DNA of 64,000 bases from an uncultured Desulfospira sp. (GTDB taxonomy: Bacteria; Desulfobacterota; Desulfobacteria; Desulfobacterales; Desulfobacteraceae), in the NCBI GenBank assembly GCA_963663165.1, contig OY760175.1, positions 5,504,001 through 5,568,000 of the forward strand, in the 5' to 3' direction. The position numbers were made by a program, and so were the translations under genes. Below the pieces are notes generated by a model. The model was given only the letters and a program-made list of their open reading frames with translations, had not been told where the DNA came from and searched no databases. Within the stretch, counting starts at the first letter, position 1. Each line of letters opens with the position of its first letter. Shown here in pieces: positions 59,575-64,000 of the stretch.

Positions 59575-59757
59575 ATGGGTATTTATGATGATCCGGACAT
59601 GAAACTGGAAGAAATCACACAGGAATTGGAACATTTTATCCTGGATATGGTCCTTGCCGGACTTGAAAGCTTGAATATGGAATATCGGGCCTTCAGGCGA
59701 TTCCAGAAACAAAGGCTCACGGAAAAGAACCGTCATAAAGAACACGAGCCGTTTTGA
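59575..59757 (+). CDS. Small hypothetical protein
   Basis: AGGAG RBS, 60 aa, operonic position. Confidence 0.5.
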   Translation: MGIYDDPDMKLEEITQELEHFILDMVLAGLESLNMEYRAFRRFQKQRLTEKNRHKEHEPF

Positions 59758-59794
59758 ACGTACGCCCGGACTCCAAAGGTCCGGGCCTGCCTCA

Positions 59795-60583
59795 ATGGAA
59801 AAAATACTTTGGAAAATCGGCAATTATTTTAAGCACCGCTTCAGCCTGGCAGTTCTTGATGAAATTAAGGGCCGGTGGCCCGTTCTCCCCTCTTGTAAAA
59901 ACATCCCTTATCTTAAAGCTGAAAATGCCGGAGGAAGGCACATCCTGATCAGACCTGATCCTGTTATTCAGCCTTATTATTTTCTTGCCGACGATTTAAA
60001 CATTGACCTGCTTATCCGGCATCATCAATCCATATCAAACCGCTTTAAACCAGGCAGGATGGTTATAGAAACATCTCCCGGCAATTATCAAATTTGGATT
60101 CACAGTGACCGTCCGTTAAGCCTTCCCGAAAAAAAGTATTGGTTGGAAAACATGCACAGTGATCCCGGCGCCGACCCGAAAAACAGGTGGGGCAGATGCC
60201 CCGGGTTCAGGAACAGAAAAGCAAAACACAGAACGCCTTCAGGACAATACCCTTTGGCAAAGCTATTATGGGTGGACTGGAAATGCCAGGCTATTGTCCC
60301 TGAAATAGAATTATCCTCCCAACCTCAAGAAGTCTTTTCCCATCAACCCCGGGGGGGAGTGTGCCATAACGGTAATATTTCCCGCTCCCTCTATGATAAG
60401 GGTGACGAATCTGCCACTGATTTTGCATATGCTCTGGCCCTCTATAGAAGAGGTTTCTCACGAATGGAAATTTACAATCGCATTATCAATGAAAGGCAGG
60501 ATTGGATTAATCATGCGGGTGAACGAAAAAAAACACAGTATCTGATCAGGACATTACAGAAAGCTGAAAAAATTATCAGTTAA
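59795..60583 (+). CDS. RepB-type DNA primase domain protein
   Basis: LADD, IETSPGNYQIW, DPGA..RWGRCPGFRNRK, C-terminal DESATDFAYA. Confidence 0.8.
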   Translation: MEKILWKIGNYFKHRFSLAVLDEIKGRWPVLPSCKNIPYLKAENAGGRHILIRPDPVIQPYYFLADDLNIDLLIRHHQSISNRFKPGRMVIETSPGNYQIWIHSDRPLSLPEKKYWLENMHSDPGADPKNRWGRCPGFRNRKAKHRTPSGQYPLAKLLWVDWKCQAIVPEIELSSQPQEVFSHQPRGGVCHNGNISRSLYDKGDESATDFAYALALYRRGFSRMEIYNRIINERQDWINHAGERKKTQYLIRTLQKAEKIIS

Positions 60584-60995
60584 AATCGGGCTCTCTTGGC
60601 CTCCGGGAAAGCCCTTATTTACCATGAAACGTTGTCCATGAATTATCGTGATTGCTCTCAATATCCGACCTTCCTCCCCAGTAATCCTTATCACAATTTA
60701 TCTGCACTAACAGGCCACCTTGTGTTAGCACCAAGGGCGGCCTTGTTGTATCTGTTCATTATATAATGGTGCCGATGCCTGCTTGATCTATTGTTAATGT
60801 CTTGAAACCACAGACCATTTTTGAGTTCTTTTTGGACCGTTACATTATTTTGCAATTATTCTTTTGATGACGATTTCACTCAACACTTTTAAATCACAAT
60901 AAAAACATTGATTTTTATCGGTAGCATCAAGCCTCAACACCGTTACAGTATTTGAAGCTCGTCAAAGGGATGAAAAAAGAAAAAAAGGAGGCATC

Positions 60996-61775
60996 ATGAG
61001 TATGACGACCACGGAACTTGAAAAGCACTTAAAAGAACTCAGGCTGGGCGGTATGCAGGCTACCCTGGAAAGCCGGGCATTACAGGCCAATCAGTCCAAT
61101 GCAAGCCTTGTCGAAGGGCTGTCATGGCTGGTTCAGGATGAACTGGATCATCGTTCTTCAAATCTTAAACAACGCAGATTCAAGGCATCCGGCCTGGATG
61201 AACTCCAGACGCTGACGGATTTTGACTGGGGGTTCAATCCAAAACTTCCTAAAAAGGAAATTTATGAACTGGTGACCGCCAAGTTCATAAAAAATGGAGA
61301 GCATGCCCTTTTAATCGGTGCGCCGGGTACTGGAAAGAGCCGGATTGCCAAAACTATTGCCCATGCATCTGTTCAATTGTTCCAGAAAACCTTGTACCGG
61401 GAGGCCCATGTGTTTTTTGAAGACATGTTCGAAGCAGAACAAACCCATAATCAGAAAAAGATCTTCAAACTGTTTACACAGGCGGATCTTTTGGTTATTG
61501 ATGATTTGTTCCTTCGTAAAAGAATGCCCAACGATGCGGCCGATTACCTGCTGGATATCATCATCAACCGATATTCAAAAAGGAAGAGTACGGTAATAAC
61601 GTCAAACAGACCCCTTGAAGACTGGGGCTTGCTGCTCAAAGACAATGCCGCATCATCGGCCATATTGGATCGGCTGCTCCACCATGGTCACCTGCTGAAG
61701 TTCGAAGGGAAAAGCTACCGTCTCAAGGAAGCCGCTAAACGGCTCTCTGCGCCACAAAATAAGAACGAGGGATGA
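60996..61775 (+). CDS. istB: IS21 helper ATPase IstB of the outer element
   Basis: LKELRLGGM, TLTDFDW.FNP, GAPGTGKS, LLVIDD, TSNRP..W, AILDRLLHH, GKSYR. Confidence 0.95.
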   Translation: MSMTTTELEKHLKELRLGGMQATLESRALQANQSNASLVEGLSWLVQDELDHRSSNLKQRRFKASGLDELQTLTDFDWGFNPKLPKKEIYELVTAKFIKNGEHALLIGAPGTGKSRIAKTIAHASVQLFQKTLYREAHVFFEDMFEAEQTHNQKKIFKLFTQADLLVIDDLFLRKRMPNDAADYLLDIIINRYSKRKSTVITSNRPLEDWGLLLKDNAASSAILDRLLHHGHLLKFEGKSYRLKEAAKRLSAPQNKNEG

Positions 61776-61884
61776 AAAAAGGAAAAAATCGCAGATTTTA
61801 AGAGCATAACTTAGATCTCAATATTCTGTCGCTGGGGGATTTTGACCCGGCCACAGGTGGGGGATTTTAAAGTGGCCATCCGGG

Positions 61885-62519
61885 CTCACAAAGAAACACC
61901 TGCCCGGGTGTGTCTGTAGTCACACCCGCCGGACGTCAGCTCCCTTTCGGGCCGGGTAATGTCGATAGTCAATAGATCCATCTCAATCCGTATCCACTTC
62001 GTTACAAAATGGCATTTGCTTCTTCCTGCATCTTACTCCCGCACCTCCATCAATGTGCCTTGCGGTTTCACCTGCCGAATGATCCCGGCGAAGATACGGG
62101 GTTTCCACGTTCCACACTATTGCCGATTAGTGGATGACTTAGGCCTGCCCTCTGCACCGGCGGCGCAACATCTCACGCGGCAGTTAGGAAACCTGCAGCC
62201 TGACCGCTCACCTTTTGGTCCAAGCTTACCAGCCTCTTTAGCTTGTTCTCCCTGACGGTACTTACGGAACATTCAATTAATTTGACCATATCATCCAAAC
62301 CCTTGCCCTCACCCGGATTGAGGCTTCCAGGAGGGTATCCGCCTCACGGCTTCCACCCCTTCCGCAGCTGCGGAATTCGGTACGTTGTCGGTTGGGCTTC
62401 ACACCGTTGCCGGATGCACCGGTAACTGCATGCCACCTAGGGTACCGGCAGGAGAATGCCGGGTTTGGTCAGGACCGACTGGCCCGCCAAACAGCCAATA
62501 ATGCGACCTCGTGTCGCAC
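61885..62519 (-). mobile_element. Group II intron 5' region (copy B), interrupted by the outer IS21
   Basis: Starts GTGCGACACGAGGTCGC at 62519; duplicate of copy A plus further structured sequence. Confidence 0.82.
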
Positions 62520-62648
62520 GCCAACAGGGAGCTCAGCCGCCCGGAGATTAGAACCGAGGACTTCCCAAAAATTAAATCCTTTTCGAAAACCAAGGGCTTT
62601 CAAAAAAGCCGATAGCTCTCCGGGTCGGCCTGCAGCGTTTTGTTCGGC
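62520..62648 (-). other. attC site after vapC
   Basis: Minus strand GCCGAAC-AAAACGCTGCAGGCCGACCCGGAG...CTCCGGGCGGCTGAGCTCCCT-GTTGGC; central loop similar to attC 39363-39488. Confidence 0.85.
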
Positions 62649-62653
62649 AAAAT

Positions 62654-63003
62654 TTACTCTCCATTCTTTATTATTGGGACGTTACTCCGTTCTGCAGCCT
62701 CCAATAAGGCTTTGTCAAGTGTGGCAATAGGTAAACCCTTTCTCATAGCAAGGTCCAAATATGATGCATCGTAGCTCGAAAGTTGGTGTTTTCGGGCTAA
62801 TGCGAATATTTCTTTAAGCATCCTTTCAGGAGACTCTTGGTCAACGATAATTGGAAGTTCAGCAAGTAAGGCCATAAAACGTGTGCTGCCTGCTTCATTA
62901 ATTCGTTTTTTCCTCTCGCCCACCAACAACACATTAGTTACCTCTAATGCCCAAATTGAAGGAACAAACGCAGTGTTATACTCAAGTTTATCTAATATTA
63001 TCC
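62654..63003 (-). pseudogene. vapC: VapC/PIN toxin, 5' end cut off by IS701
   Basis: VPSIWALEVTNVL, LSSYDASYLDLA, IATLD; N-terminal VLDAS-type motif absent. Confidence 0.8.
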
Positions 63004-63091
63004 CTACAACGTGACTTATATTTAATATTATTGTTTTAGGTAACATAATCTGCTACACTCCGCAATATAACTTTTATATAGGAGGTAGAGT

Positions 63092-64000
63092 ATGTTGCCT
63101 GAAATCCGAAAAGATGAGTACCTTTATCCTATCCCCAAATTTGATATCTGTGAAGGGGATGTAAAAAATTTTTTCAATGAACTTAAAGGGTTTCATGAAA
63201 TTTTCCACGACTGTTTTCATCGTTCTGAGTCAAGGGAACATTTTTTCAGGTATATGGCTGGGCAATTTAGTGACCTGGAAAGAAAATCAATTGAACCCAT
63301 TGCTCTGGCCGTTGAAGATGGCAATGTTAGGGCAATGCAGCGTTTTATTAGCGATGCTGAATGGAATGACGCCAATATTATGGCCAAGTATCGTAATCTC
63401 ATAAATGAAGATATGGGGACACCTGATGGCGTTCTTATTTTTGATGAAAGCGGTTTTGTTAAAAAAGGCAATGAATCCATCGGTGTTGCCAGACAATATT
63501 GCGGGAATGTCGGCAAGGTTGAAAACAGCCAAGTGGGTGTTTTTGCAGCCTATGCTTCCCCAAAGGGCTACGGATTGATTGATAAACGACTGTTTATACC
63601 TGAACTATGGTTTAAAGACGATCACAAACAGGGAAGAAAAAAGTGCAAACTGCCTGAGTCTGTTTCGTTTAAGACAAAACCGCAATTGGCTTCCGAAATG
63701 TTGAACGAACTCGCAGAAGAAGCCATCGTGCCGTTTAAGTATGTTACCGCGGATTCATTGTATGGCAACAGTGATGATTTTATTGAAGCTGTTGAGCAAC
63801 ATCCGGATTTGACCTATTTTGTAGAAGTTCCTTGTAATACTCAATGCTGGTTTAACAGACCTATTACCGTTGAAAAAACTTACAAATACAAAGGAGAGCA
63901 GCGTACAAAAATAGTTGTTGAAAAATCCTCCAAAAAGCCGGTCGATGTCAAAACTATCGCAAAAAATATAAATGATTTTTTCTGGTACCGCCGGAAAGTA
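63092..64000 (+). CDS. IS701-family transposase (runs off window; element left end near 63004)
   Basis: GGAGG RBS, ATG 63092; ERKSIEPIA, MQRFIS..W, FDESGFVKKG..S.GVARQYCG..GKVENSQVGVF. Confidence 0.92.
   Translation, partial: MLPEIRKDEYLYPIPKFDICEGDVKNFFNELKGFHEIFHDCFHRSESREHFFRYMAGQFSDLERKSIEPIALAVEDGNVRAMQRFISDAEWNDANIMAKYRNLINEDMGTPDGVLIFDESGFVKKGNESIGVARQYCGNVGKVENSQVGVFAAYASPKGYGLIDKRLFIPELWFKDDHKQGRKKCKLPESVSFKTKPQLASEMLNELAEEAIVPFKYVTADSLYGNSDDFIEAVEQHPDLTYFVEVPCNTQCWFNRPITVEKTYKYKGEQRTKIVVEKSSKKPVDVKTIAKNINDFFWYRRKV

Larger units (their letters stand above)
56455..60660 (+). mobile_element. IS481-like/Mu-like transposon with ExeA ATPase and RepB-type primase
   Basis: Imperfect IR TGAGAATGGTCACAAAAAATCATGGA / TCCATGAATTATCGTGATTGCTCTCA; 6-bp TSD ATATCC. 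Confidence 0.92.
47920..60946 (+). mobile_element. Unclassified DDE + AAA transposon (element X, ~4.3 kb without its two inserts) between istA and istB
   Basis: Ends GTAACG / CGTTAC, inner repeats AAATAATGTAACG (47948) and CGTTACATTATTT (60838); possible 3-bp TSD AGT. Confidence 0.7.
43701..61884 (+). mobile_element. Outer IS21-family element expanded to 18.2 kb by nested insertions
   Basis: Ends CCCGGATGGCCAC..AAAATCCCCCAC / GTGGGGGATTTT..GTGGCCATCCGGG with tandem subterminal repeats; 4-bp TSD CTCA. Confidence 0.92.

Noticed and set aside
61959..62730. Plus-strand ORFs duplicated at 38844-39432
   Set aside because: They are antisense readings of the group II intron RNA and attC
63004..63046. 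ORF-track N-terminus of VapC (MLPKTIILN...)
   Set aside because: Falls in the presumed IS701 left end rather than the original gene
1..64000. CRISPR array, tRNA or rRNA genes
   Set aside because: No regularly spaced repeat-spacer units or recognisable structural RNA genes seen by eye

Overview
Bacterial chromosomal window; gene content (ahbB-like gene, PEP-CTERM protein, sigma54 promoter, many hybrid kinases) suggests a Desulfobacteraceae-like sulfate reducer (inference). Bases 1-36000 are mostly housekeeping and signalling genes (trpA, MATE, cyclase, acyl-CoA dehydrogenase, mtnA, tkt, kinases, DASS transporter, eutH), interrupted by a RIT element (674-4791) and an IS1380. Bases ~36080-64000 are a minus-strand integron-type cassette array (three full attC-like sites and one half site, no intI in the window) that has been heavily invaded: an IS91-like element bounded like a cassette, two 3'-truncated group II introns inserted just after attC sites, a DUF4338-carrying IS, an IS701, and a nested stack whose ends and target duplications can be read directly (IS21 43701-61884, containing ISAzo13 and an unclassified DDE+AAA element 47920-60946, which itself contains an IS21-ParB element and an IS481-like/ExeA/RepB-primase element). 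Best candidates for undescribed biology: (1) a module of Cys-rich gene + wHTH-like gene + divergent structured sRNA that heads two mechanistically unrelated elements (RIT and IS21); (2) an IS21 transposase fused to a DnaG-like primase, with primase parts recurring in the nested transposons; (3) group II introns inserted at attC sites on the cassette-sense strand. All product calls come from motif recognition by eye; no searches were run.
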